Below, one piece after another: positions 16,740 through 25,064 of a stretch of 32,000 bases of DNA. How positions within the stretch are numbered: the first letter of the stretch is position 1; every line of letters starts with the position of its first letter. The stretch lies in assembly GCA_964432405.1 (NCBI GenBank), contig CAYSNH010000004.1, forward strand, positions 1-32,000. Reading direction: 5' to 3'. The translations under genes were made by a program, and so were the position numbers. This stretch comes from an uncultured Candidatus Saccharibacteria bacterium (GTDB lineage Bacteria > Patescibacteriota > Minisyncoccia > UBA6257 > UBA11618). The notes beneath the pieces are model-generated. The model ran no database searches, was not told the DNA's origin, and worked only from the letters and a program-made list of their open reading frames with translations.

Positions 16740-17285
16740 GTGAAAGAGTATTGTACTGAGGCTATCGTTTTAGATAAAGAAGATCTTGGGGAGCTTGATT
16801 CACGAGTCTTTTTTTATACTAAGAGTCTTGGCAAGGTGGTTGGTAAAGCCACTAGTGCTCGAAAGATAACATCAAAACTCAATGCTCATTTAGAACCCTT
16901 AAATCTAGTTCAATTAAGACTGATTCATAAGAATAATTTTCAGATTATTGACGCCCTAACTATTGATCGTTTTTCTGCCTTGCGTCATCCAGATCGACTT
17001 CCTCAGATTCTCAATCTCTTGTCTTTTATAAAGGAAATGACTTTTGAGGAACAAGATGATTTCGAATTATGGAGTGCTTTCAAAGACATTCTCTATTCAG
17101 AAAAGATTACTTATCAGTTCTTATTAAGATCATTAGGCTTTGATCCGCAGTTTGCTCTTTGTGACACTTGTCAGAAAAAACCTCATTATTTTATTGCTCA
17201 AGACTTCAGTTTTTGTTGTCAGCAATGTCTAACCGAAGCAAATAATAATAAAGTATGCTTAAAATCCTATATACCATTGTCTTAA
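16740..17285 (+). CDS. recO: DNA repair protein RecO (short form)
   Basis: N-terminal OB-like TEAIVLDKEDLGELDSRVFFYTKSLGKVVGKATSARK and C-terminal CDTC...CCQQC zinc motif. GTG start lies 7 nt after TATTAT (16727-16732), with TTCCAA at -35 (16 nt spacer). Confidence 0.6.
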   Translation: MKEYCTEAIVLDKEDLGELDSRVFFYTKSLGKVVGKATSARKITSKLNAHLEPLNLVQLRLIHKNNFQIIDALTIDRFSALRHPDRLPQILNLLSFIKEMTFEEQDDFELWSAFKDILYSEKITYQFLLRSLGFDPQFALCDTCQKKPHYFIAQDFSFCCQQCLTEANNNKVCLKSYIPLS

Positions 17286-18925
17286 TAGTTATTTTAGCCG
17301 GTTTGGCCTATTTCGGCTTTTACTGGTTCACTCATGATAATAGTGGGTTGGTTTTGGAGTTTAATGGTCCAGAATCGGTACCAATTGGTATGCCTTTTGA
17401 TTTAGAGGTTGGAGTCAACAACAACTCCAGTCAGGTTTTGAATAATGCTAAACTTCTTCTTTCGGTACCTAAGGGCATAGTTTTTGTTGGTAGGTCGATT
17501 GATGAAAATATCATTTCTCGCAAGATTGGTAATGTTGGCGTGGGTAGTTTAACTAGTCAAAAATTTAAATTATTAATTCTTAAAGGAAAAGAGGATGATA
17601 TTAAAAATATCACAGCGACCATTGATTATTCGCCAGAGGATGTCAAAACTCGTTTTCAAAAAAGATCGAGTTGGCAAACACCAATTATGGGAGAGGCTCT
17701 TGAGTTAATAGGCGTGCTACCAGAAAAAATTACCAGCGGCAAAGTGGTTGAGTTGAAGATAGATTATAAGAACAATAGCCCTATTGATTTAGATGATCTT
17801 ATTTTAAAGATTAAATACCCAGAATCATTCCAATTTCAAAGAGCTACCTTAAAGCCTGATGAGGGTAATAACGAGTGGCATCTTGGAGGTCTTCACCCTG
17901 GCTCATCTAATGACTTCGTTATTATTGGTAAGCTGGTTGGTCCAGAAAACGGATTTTTTGATTTTAAGGCCACCGTCACAAGTGAGTTAGATGGTCGCAA
18001 ATATATTATTAGCGAAAAGGTTATCAATACCTCTATTAAAGTTGCTCCTATAGATCTAGGCTTTTCAGTTAACAACTCTACCAATCACATCGCCAAAACC
18101 GATGAAGAATTAAATTACTCTATCAATTATCGCTACCTCACCCGTTCTCAGGGCAATGATCCTGTGGTTAAGGCTAAGTTAAGTGGCAAGATGTTTGATT
18201 TTGAATCTCTTAAGATAGGTGATAATGGCCAGTTAGATGATCGGACCAATACTATCATCTGGCAATTAGATGACGGGGTTCAGTCTGGTAGTGTTAATTT
18301 CTCCATAAAAACTCAACCTAAATATCCTATTAGAAGAGCTGGTGATCGCAACTTTGTTTTAAAGGTGGACGCTCAGTTTGAAGATAGTTCTCACGCAACT
18401 GTTAGCCGCTCTGAAACAAAGGTTGCTGGTCAAATAGAAGTTGATACCAAGGGCTACTTCCGCGACGCAAAGGGCAAGGTGGTTAATAATGGCTCTCTTC
18501 CTCCTCAGGTTGGTAAGCCAACTGAGTTTAGTATTCATTGGGATATTACCAACTACGCTACCGATGTTAGCGATGTTAAAGTTACCGCCCGACTTCCTAG
18601 TCATGTAGAATTTGTTGGAGTTAAGAGTGAGACGGATGGGAGTCTTAGTTTCGACGAAGATTCTCCAGAATTCTTAACTTGGGAGATAGATAAGATTTCT
18701 GCTACCAAAGGAGTTATTAGCAAGCCGGTCACAGCTATTTTTCAGATAAGAGCCGTACCAACTAAGGAGATGATTGGTAAGCACATGTCATTAATAGGGC
18801 CAACTACTATTAGCGCTACCGATAAATTTACCGACTCTCCATTGAGTGGCGGTGATGATTCTTTAACTACCGAGCTAACTGATGACCCTACTTTAAGTGC
18901 TTCGGATGGAATTGTGGTAGAATAA
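17255..18925 (+). CDS. Membrane-anchored protein with repeated beta-sandwich (DUF11/CARDB-like) modules, 556 aa
   Basis: N-terminal TM helix (ILYTIVLIVILAGLAYFGFYWF). A recurring pattern (..V..G..F.L.V.V.N.S...L.N..L.L..P.G..F) suggests repeated Ig-like folds. Overlaps recO by 31 nt. Confidence 0.5.
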   Translation: MLKILYTIVLIVILAGLAYFGFYWFTHDNSGLVLEFNGPESVPIGMPFDLEVGVNNNSSQVLNNAKLLLSVPKGIVFVGRSIDENIISRKIGNVGVGSLTSQKFKLLILKGKEDDIKNITATIDYSPEDVKTRFQKRSSWQTPIMGEALELIGVLPEKITSGKVVELKIDYKNNSPIDLDDLILKIKYPESFQFQRATLKPDEGNNEWHLGGLHPGSSNDFVIIGKLVGPENGFFDFKATVTSELDGRKYIISEKVINTSIKVAPIDLGFSVNNSTNHIAKTDEELNYSINYRYLTRSQGNDPVVKAKLSGKMFDFESLKIGDNGQLDDRTNTIIWQLDDGVQSGSVNFSIKTQPKYPIRRAGDRNFVLKVDAQFEDSSHATVSRSETKVAGQIEVDTKGYFRDAKGKVVNNGSLPPQVGKPTEFSIHWDITNYATDVSDVKVTARLPSHVEFVGVKSETDGSLSFDEDSPEFLTWEIDKISATKGVISKPVTAIFQIRAVPTKEMIGKHMSLIGPTTISATDKFTDSPLSGGDDSLTTELTDDPTLSASDGIVVE

Positions 18926-18935
18926 ATAAAATATT

Positions 18936-20210
18936 ATGGATCTAATGGAGAAAATTGTTAGTTTAGCTAAGCGCCGAGGCTTTATATTTCCCGGTTCAGA
19001 GATTTATGGTGGTCTAGCTAACTCATGGGATTATGGACCTTTGGGGGTGGAGTTGAAGAATAATATCAAGCAAGAGTGGTGGAAGCGCTTTGTTCAGAGT
19101 CGAGATGATGTTATTGGTATCGAGACCGCCCTTATTATGAATCCTAAGGTTTGGGAGTCTTCTGGTCATCTCAAAACTTTTTCTGATCCTTTGGCAGATT
19201 GTAAGGGGTGTCGGAGGCGTTTTCGAGCTGATCAATTAAAAAATAAAAAGAAGTGTCCTGACTGTGGAGGAGAGCTAACCAAAGCTCGCCAATTCAATTT
19301 AATGTTTAAGACTTTTATTGGTCCATCTGAGGAGTCTTCTAATGTTGCTTATTTTCGACCAGAAACCGCTCAAGGAATGTTTGTTAATTTTGAGCAGGTG
19401 ATTAATAGCACTCGTAAAAGACTGCCTTTTGGTATTGCTCAGATTGGAAAGGCTTTTCGTAATGAGATTACTCCCGGCAACTTTATCTTTCGTACGCTTG
19501 AGTTTGAGCAAATGGAGATAGAATATTTTATTAAAAAAGAGGAGTGGGAAAAGCAGTTTGAAAAATGGTTGAAGGAGATGAAGCAATGGATCAAGCATCT
19601 AGGAATTGCTAATAAAAATATCGAGGTCATTGATATTCCCAAGAAAGAGCTAGCCCACTATTCCAAGAGAACTGTCGATATATTTTACAAATTCCCTTTT
19701 GGTCATGAAGAATTATATGGTTTAGCTTATCGTTCTGACTTTGATCTTAAGAATCACAATCAAAGCTATCAAGACCCTAAAACAGGTAAGCAGTTTACCC
19801 CTCATATTATCGAGCCAACTTTGGGAGTTGAGCGAACCGTATTGGCGGTAATGGTGGAGTCGTATAAGGAGGAAAGTGTAAAAGGAGAGACGCGAGTTGT
19901 GATGAACTTTCCTAATTGGCTAGCACCTTATAAAGTAGCTATATTGCCTTTATCTAAAAAAACTCCATTAACCAAACTAGCTAAAAGCATATATAAAGAT
20001 CTCCTCCCTCACTTTACTTGCGAATATGATGAAACGCAGAGTATTGGTAAGCGTTATCGACGTCAGGATGAGATCGGAACCCCTTTCTGCATTACGGTTG
20101 ATTTCGATAGCCCTAAGAAGAAAGACGTTACTGTTAGAGATCGTAACACTATGAAACAAAAGCGCGTTAAAATTAATAAATTACAACAATACTTAAATGA
20201 AGCCCTTTAG
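18936..20210 (+). CDS. glyQS: Glycine--tRNA ligase (class II, alpha2 type)
   Basis: RRGFIFPGSEIYGGLANSWDYGPLGVELKNNIK..W, FRPETAQGMFVNF, GKAFRNEITPGNFIFRTLEFEQMEIEYF and IEPTLGVERT are GlyRS class II motifs. Confidence 0.9.
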   Translation: MDLMEKIVSLAKRRGFIFPGSEIYGGLANSWDYGPLGVELKNNIKQEWWKRFVQSRDDVIGIETALIMNPKVWESSGHLKTFSDPLADCKGCRRRFRADQLKNKKKCPDCGGELTKARQFNLMFKTFIGPSEESSNVAYFRPETAQGMFVNFEQVINSTRKRLPFGIAQIGKAFRNEITPGNFIFRTLEFEQMEIEYFIKKEEWEKQFEKWLKEMKQWIKHLGIANKNIEVIDIPKKELAHYSKRTVDIFYKFPFGHEELYGLAYRSDFDLKNHNQSYQDPKTGKQFTPHIIEPTLGVERTVLAVMVESYKEESVKGETRVVMNFPNWLAPYKVAILPLSKKTPLTKLAKSIYKDLLPHFTCEYDETQSIGKRYRRQDEIGTPFCITVDFDSPKKKDVTVRDRNTMKQKRVKINKLQQYLNEAL

Positions 20211-21471
20211 CAGAAAGGTTCTTAAAAACGGATTACGTATTATTACCGTTCCACAAAAAGACAGTTTATCAGCTACCGTTCTAGTTTTAGTTGAGGCAGG
20301 TTCTAAATATGAGACCAAGAGAATCAGTGGCCTTTCTCACTTTCTAGAACACATGTGTTTTAAGGGCACTTCTAATCGTCCCAGCGCTCTTCACATCACT
20401 ACCGAGCTAGATCAGTTAGGAGCTCAGTATAACGCTTTTACCGGTCAGGAGTATACTGGTTATTATGCAAAAGTTCGATCGGAAAAATTAACAGATGCGG
20501 TTGATATTATTGCCGACCTGTACAGCAATCCGCTCTTAAATGAGGAGGAGATTGAAAGAGAGAAGGGCGTTGTTATTGAAGAGATTAATATGTACGAAGA
20601 TCTTCCACCTCGAAAGGCTCCAGAATTATTTGAAGAGCTTCTTTATGGTGATCAGCCTGCTGGTTGGCCAATTGGTGGACTTAAAGACGTTATTCGTAAA
20701 TTAAATAGAAAAGATTTGGTTAAATATCGCAGTCAGCACTATGTCGCTCAAGCCACCTCTATTGTTGTGGTCGGATCCTTTAATGAGAAGAAGCTGATTA
20801 AGCAGCTAGAAGAAGCTTTTGCCAATGTTCCTTCTAATAAAAAGTTTGGCAAGGTTAAAACCAGAGAATCTCAGAAAAAACCCCAACTGTCTATTCAGTA
20901 CAAAAAATCAGATCAGACTCATTTAGTTATTGGCTGTCGGTCTTTTGCTGAAGATGATGAGAGGCGTTTTGCTCTAAGGGTCATGAATGATATCTTGGGT
21001 GGTGGTATGAGCTCTCGTCTTTTTCAAAGAGTCAGAGAAGAGTTAGGTGCGGCTTATTATGTTCGTTCAGGAGCTAGTCTCTACACAGATCATGGTTATT
21101 GGGCCGCTGGTGCTGGAGTTGATCATAAAAAACTTAATCTAGTTATCAAGGCCATTCTAGAAGAGATGAGGCGTTTAACTAGAGAGCCTGTTTCCAAAGA
21201 AGATCTTCAGCGTGCTAAAGATCATTTGAGCGGTAACTTGGTTTTGGGATTGGAGTCGTCTGATGATCTAGCGCTTTTTTATGGCATGCAAGAAATATCT
21301 AATAGACCTGTTATGACACCCCAGCAAATTTTAAAGAAAATTATTGATGTTAAGCCAAATGATATTATGAAGGTGGCTAAGCATATATTTACTAATAAAA
21401 AATTAAACTTGGCTTTGATTGGACCAACTAGAAGTAAGGGTACTTTAATTAAAAATTTGCGTTTTGATTAA
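20197..21471 (+). CDS. M16 family (pitrilysin/insulinase-like) zinc peptidase
   Basis: GLSHFLEHMCFKGT contains the inverted HxxEH zinc motif, and EREKGVVIEEI contains the downstream Glu. 424 aa. Overlaps glyQS by 14 nt. Confidence 0.85.
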   Translation: MKPFSRKVLKNGLRIITVPQKDSLSATVLVLVEAGSKYETKRISGLSHFLEHMCFKGTSNRPSALHITTELDQLGAQYNAFTGQEYTGYYAKVRSEKLTDAVDIIADLYSNPLLNEEEIEREKGVVIEEINMYEDLPPRKAPELFEELLYGDQPAGWPIGGLKDVIRKLNRKDLVKYRSQHYVAQATSIVVVGSFNEKKLIKQLEEAFANVPSNKKFGKVKTRESQKKPQLSIQYKKSDQTHLVIGCRSFAEDDERRFALRVMNDILGGGMSSRLFQRVREELGAAYYVRSGASLYTDHGYWAAGAGVDHKKLNLVIKAILEEMRRLTREPVSKEDLQRAKDHLSGNLVLGLESSDDLALFYGMQEISNRPVMTPQQILKKIIDVKPNDIMKVAKHIFTNKKLNLALIGPTRSKGTLIKNLRFD

Positions 21472-21492
21472 AAACGAGTTTTAATTTATTTA

Positions 21493-22518
21493 ATGGAGAA
21501 TAAATCTACCAACGAAGTATTCAGCTGGATAGCTCTATGGAGAATAGTGGCTGTCGCTGCTTTTGTTTGGGTTATTTTCAGTGCTCTTAATGTTGTTTTG
21601 GCGATCTTTGTTGCTTTTGTTATTGCTGCTGGTTTGGATGCTCCCGTTAGTTATTTGAGTAAGAAAGGCATTCCTAGAATTCTAGGCACTTTAATATTTT
21701 TTATCATCGGTTTATCGTTTTTAGCAGGTTTAGTTTATACAATCGTTCCCCTTGCTATCTCCGACTTCACTCAATTATTCCTCAATCTTAAGGATTACGC
21801 GGGACCGTTTCTTGATAATTTTCAAGCCGGTGAGACTTTAGATATTATCAATCAGAGACTCAATGCTTTTTCAGACACCTTAGTTAGTGGCACCATACCT
21901 CTAACATCGGTTATCGGTTCACTTTTTGGCAACATCTTCTTAGCTATTACTGTACTTATGATCTCTTTTTATCTCACCGTTGGGCAAGATGGAATCGAGC
22001 GCTTCTTAGTAGCTGTTCTACCTACCGCTTATGAAGAGTCAGCTATCGATCTTTATTTAAAAACTAGAAAAAAGATTGGTCAGTGGCTGAAGGGTCAGAT
22101 GCTATTAAGCCTAGTGATAGGTCTCTTAACTTTCATCGGTTTATATTTCCTTGATGTTAAATACGCCCTTCTTCTAGCTTTATTAGCCGGCGTCTTTGAA
22201 TTGATTCCTTTTGTAGGGCCGGTCTTCAGTGGTGGTATAGCGGTCTTGATTGGTCTTTCAACCTCCTTCAATCTCGCCCTTTATGTATTAATACTCTTTG
22301 TTATTATTCAGCAATTAGAAAACAACTTACTAGTACCAATAGTTATGAAATATACTACCAATCTTAACCCAGCTGCTATTCTGATATCTATTTTGATTGG
22401 TGGTACCGTCTTTGGCTTTACCGGTCTAGTTCTTGCCGTTCCTGCCTCAGTGTTAATTCAAGAGGTTATTGAAAAATGGGCTACGGCCAAGAGAAGAAAA
22501 AAAGGTTTGGGCCTATAA
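21493..22518 (+). CDS. AI-2E family transporter (PerM/UPF0118)
   Basis: 341 aa and polytopic. ELIPFVGPVFSGG...IIQQLENNLLVPIVM is the characteristic AI-2E core. Confidence 0.75.
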   Translation: MENKSTNEVFSWIALWRIVAVAAFVWVIFSALNVVLAIFVAFVIAAGLDAPVSYLSKKGIPRILGTLIFFIIGLSFLAGLVYTIVPLAISDFTQLFLNLKDYAGPFLDNFQAGETLDIINQRLNAFSDTLVSGTIPLTSVIGSLFGNIFLAITVLMISFYLTVGQDGIERFLVAVLPTAYEESAIDLYLKTRKKIGQWLKGQMLLSLVIGLLTFIGLYFLDVKYALLLALLAGVFELIPFVGPVFSGGIAVLIGLSTSFNLALYVLILFVIIQQLENNLLVPIVMKYTTNLNPAAILISILIGGTVFGFTGLVLAVPASVLIQEVIEKWATAKRRKKGLGL

Positions 22519-22541
22519 AAAAACCCCGCTAAAGCAGGGTT
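22515..22541 (-). terminator. Rho-independent terminator of the 77-aa ORF (overlaps its last codons)
   Basis: Minus strand: AACCCTGC, loop TTTA, GCGGGGTT (one G-U pair), then TTTTTTT. The stem contains the final codons and TAG stop of the ORF. It also abuts the stop of the AI-2E gene. Confidence 0.7.
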
Positions 22542-22762
22542 GTAACTCTATCTTTTCTGATCAACGTCACCCTTCCTGAGGGTGATTCTTCTATAATGAT
22601 GAATTGATCTAAAGCAAAAGTTTTTTCCTCGTGCCATCTCTGAGGTCTTTTGTACCCATAGATGAAGGCGGTGAGAAAGGAACAGAGCAGACGACGATCT
22701 CTTGATCGTACCCAGAGGACGATGTGATCTTCGTCTTGCAGGTTAAGTTTAAGTTGTTGCAT
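22529..22762 (-). CDS. Orphan small protein (77 aa), no recognisable family
   Basis: The track starts at TTG 22768, only 2 nt from the SD. ATG at 22760-22762 lies 8 nt after AAGGAG (22771-22776). Has its own consensus promoter and terminator. Confidence 0.55.
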   Translation of the reverse strand: MQQLKLNLQDEDHIVLWVRSRDRRLLCSFLTAFIYGYKRPQRWHEEKTFALDQFIIIEESPSGRVTLIRKDRVTTLL

Positions 22763-22770
22763 TTTCAACT

Positions 22771-22833
22771 CTCCTTAGTTGTGTGATTTTAAATTCCAGG
22801 CCATATCATATAATAATTTAATAAAATTGTCAA
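22771..22833 (-). promoter_or_regulatory. Promoter, UTR and SD of the 77-aa ORF
   Basis: Minus strand: TTGACA (22828-22833), 17 nt, TATGAT (22805-22810), about 28 nt UTR, AAGGAG (22771-22776). Confidence 0.6.
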
Positions 22834-22874
22834 TTCTGGAAAAAAACCAGCAAAAGAACTATAATCCTTATACA

Positions 22875-24251
22875 ATGTCAAAATTTTATATCACCACCTC
22901 AATCGCTTATGTTAACGGAGCGCCTCATATAGGTTTTGCTTTAGAGTCCGTCCAGGCTGATGCTATCGCTCGTTATCATCGTCAACAAGATGACCAAGTC
23001 TTCTTTTTAACTGGTACTGATGAACATGGTGCTAAAATATCTCGTACAGCCGAGGCATTAAAGATAACACCTGAGGAGCTAACCGATACGAACGCTGCTA
23101 AGTTTAAGGCTCTGAAAGAGTTACTAAACCTTTCCTGGGATGATTTTATTAGAACTAGCGATAAAGAAAAACATTGGCCAAATGTTGTTAATCTTTGGCA
23201 CAAGTTAGAAGCTAGGGGTGATATTTATAAAAAGGTATACAAAGGTCTTTATTGTGTAGGTCACGAAGCTTTTGTAACGGAGAAGGATCTGGTTGATGGG
23301 CAGTGTCGAGATCATCAGAGTAAACCAGAGATTATTGAAGAAGAAAACTACTTCTTCCGTCTCTCTAAGTACGCTGATCAGATTAAAAGTCTGATAGAGA
23401 GCGAAGAGTTAAAAATCTATCCTCAGAGCAGAGCTAATGAGATTATCAGCTTTATTAATCAAGGCATTGAGGATATTAGCTTTTCCCGACCCCGAAAAGA
23501 TCTAAGTTGGGGCATTCCCGTTCCTGGTGATGAAACGCAGACTATCTATGTTTGGTGTGATGCTCTTTCCAATTATCTTTCTCAGCCTGATCAGTGGCCA
23601 GCCGAGCTGCAAATCATTGGAAAAGATATTTTGCGCTTTCACGCTCTATTTTGGCCTGCCATGTTACTCTCCGCCAAACTACCTTTACCCAAAGCCCTTT
23701 TTGTTCACGGTCACATTACGGTTGATAATCAGAAGATGTCTAAAAGCTTAGGGAATGTTATCGATCCGGTAGAGTTAGTGAACAGGTATGGTGTTGATGC
23801 TGTCCGTTACTACCTCCTACGAGAAATTCCTCCTTTTAATGATGGGGATTTTAGTTATAAGAAGTTTGAGGAGCGCTATAACGGTGATCTAGCTAATGGC
23901 TTAGGTAACTTTGTTTCTCGAGTTTTTGCCTTGCAGAAAAGATTAGAGGTTTCGGCTGCTGATAAAAGCTCTGATGATGTTGGTGACTTTATCAAACGAG
24001 TACGGGAACAGATGGGCTCTAGAATGGAGCAGTATCGTCTTAACGAGGCCCTAGAAACTCTCTGGGAGTTGATTAGTCGCGGTGATAAGTATATAAATGA
24101 AAAAAAGCCTTGGGAGACGGGTGATAAGAATGCGGTAGCTAATGCTCGGGAGTTGGTTGATCAGGTTGCAGAATTATTAAAGCCCTTCCTTCCAGAAACA
24201 GCAGAAAAAATAATTAAAGGAGAGCCAGGAACTTTATTTCCTCGGTTGTAA
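22875..24251 (+). CDS. metG: Methionine--tRNA ligase (short form without C-terminal tRNA-binding domain)
   Basis: FYITTSIAYVNGAPHIGFALE (HIGH region) and KMSKSLGNVIDP (KMSKS). The track ORF opens at 22779. ATG 22875 gives the canonical N-terminus and lies 9 nt after TATAAT (22860-22865). Confidence 0.9.
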   Translation: MSKFYITTSIAYVNGAPHIGFALESVQADAIARYHRQQDDQVFFLTGTDEHGAKISRTAEALKITPEELTDTNAAKFKALKELLNLSWDDFIRTSDKEKHWPNVVNLWHKLEARGDIYKKVYKGLYCVGHEAFVTEKDLVDGQCRDHQSKPEIIEEENYFFRLSKYADQIKSLIESEELKIYPQSRANEIISFINQGIEDISFSRPRKDLSWGIPVPGDETQTIYVWCDALSNYLSQPDQWPAELQIIGKDILRFHALFWPAMLLSAKLPLPKALFVHGHITVDNQKMSKSLGNVIDPVELVNRYGVDAVRYYLLREIPPFNDGDFSYKKFEERYNGDLANGLGNFVSRVFALQKRLEVSAADKSSDDVGDFIKRVREQMGSRMEQYRLNEALETLWELISRGDKYINEKKPWETGDKNAVANARELVDQVAELLKPFLPETAEKIIKGEPGTLFPRL

Positions 24252-24257
24252 CAGATT

Positions 24258-25064
24258 ATGACTTTATTTGATGCCCATACTCATATTCATTTTCCCGCCT
24301 ATGATCAAGATCGAGAGGAGGTGATTAAGCGTGCTCAAGCGGCTGAGGTTAAGATGATTACCGTCGGCACCAATCTAGAGACCTCTCAGGGCGCTATCGC
24401 TTTAGCTAATCAGTATCCAGATGATATCTGGGCTACCGCTGGCTTTCACCCTGCTCATGCTGGTGAAAATTGGCATCACGATAAGAAGGAGCAAAAGAAA
24501 TCTCAACAGGAAAGCTTTGATAAAGAAGCTTTGCTAGCACTAGCTAAAGATGAGCGAGTGGTAGCGATTGGGGAGTGTGGTTTGGATTATTTTCGTGGTC
24601 GAGAAAGTGAAGCAGCTCAAAAAGATATTTTTCAACAACAGCAGGTGATTGCTCAATCACTTAGCAAGCCTCTTATGATTCACTGTCGCCCTACCTCCAA
24701 CACTGATGACGCTTATGAGGACCTAGTTGAGTTATTAAATCCTAATACTCCCACTATTATACATTTCTTTGTTGGTTCAGCTGATGTGGCTAAGAAGTTG
24801 TTAGCTAAAAAATGTTACTTTACTTTTGGCGGGGTAATTACATTCGTCAGTGACTATAACGAAGTTATCAAGGCGATTCCTTTATCTAATATAATGCTGG
24901 AGACCGACGCCCCTTATGTCACCCCTCATCCTCATCGAGGAAAAAGAAATGAGTCGTCTTATGTAGTTGAGGTGGCTAAAAAAATAGCCGAAATCAAAGA
25001 TATTGATTATGATGAAGTAGTGGCGCAGACTACTGCTAACGCAAAGAAAGTTTTTAATATTTAA
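24258..25064 (+). CDS. tatD: TatD family metal-dependent hydrolase/DNase
   Basis: LFDAHTHIHF (HxH), AIGECGLDY, MIHCR and LETDAPYV are TatD motifs. Confidence 0.85.
   Translation: MTLFDAHTHIHFPAYDQDREEVIKRAQAAEVKMITVGTNLETSQGAIALANQYPDDIWATAGFHPAHAGENWHHDKKEQKKSQQESFDKEALLALAKDERVVAIGECGLDYFRGRESEAAQKDIFQQQQVIAQSLSKPLMIHCRPTSNTDDAYEDLVELLNPNTPTIIHFFVGSADVAKKLLAKKCYFTFGGVITFVSDYNEVIKAIPLSNIMLETDAPYVTPHPHRGKRNESSYVVEVAKKIAEIKDIDYDEVVAQTTANAKKVFNI

Noticed and set aside
22779-22874. 32-codon N-terminal extension of metG
   Set aside because: It covers the divergent promoter region. MetRS homologues begin at MSKFYITT..., and a TATAAT sits 9 nt before ATG 22875.
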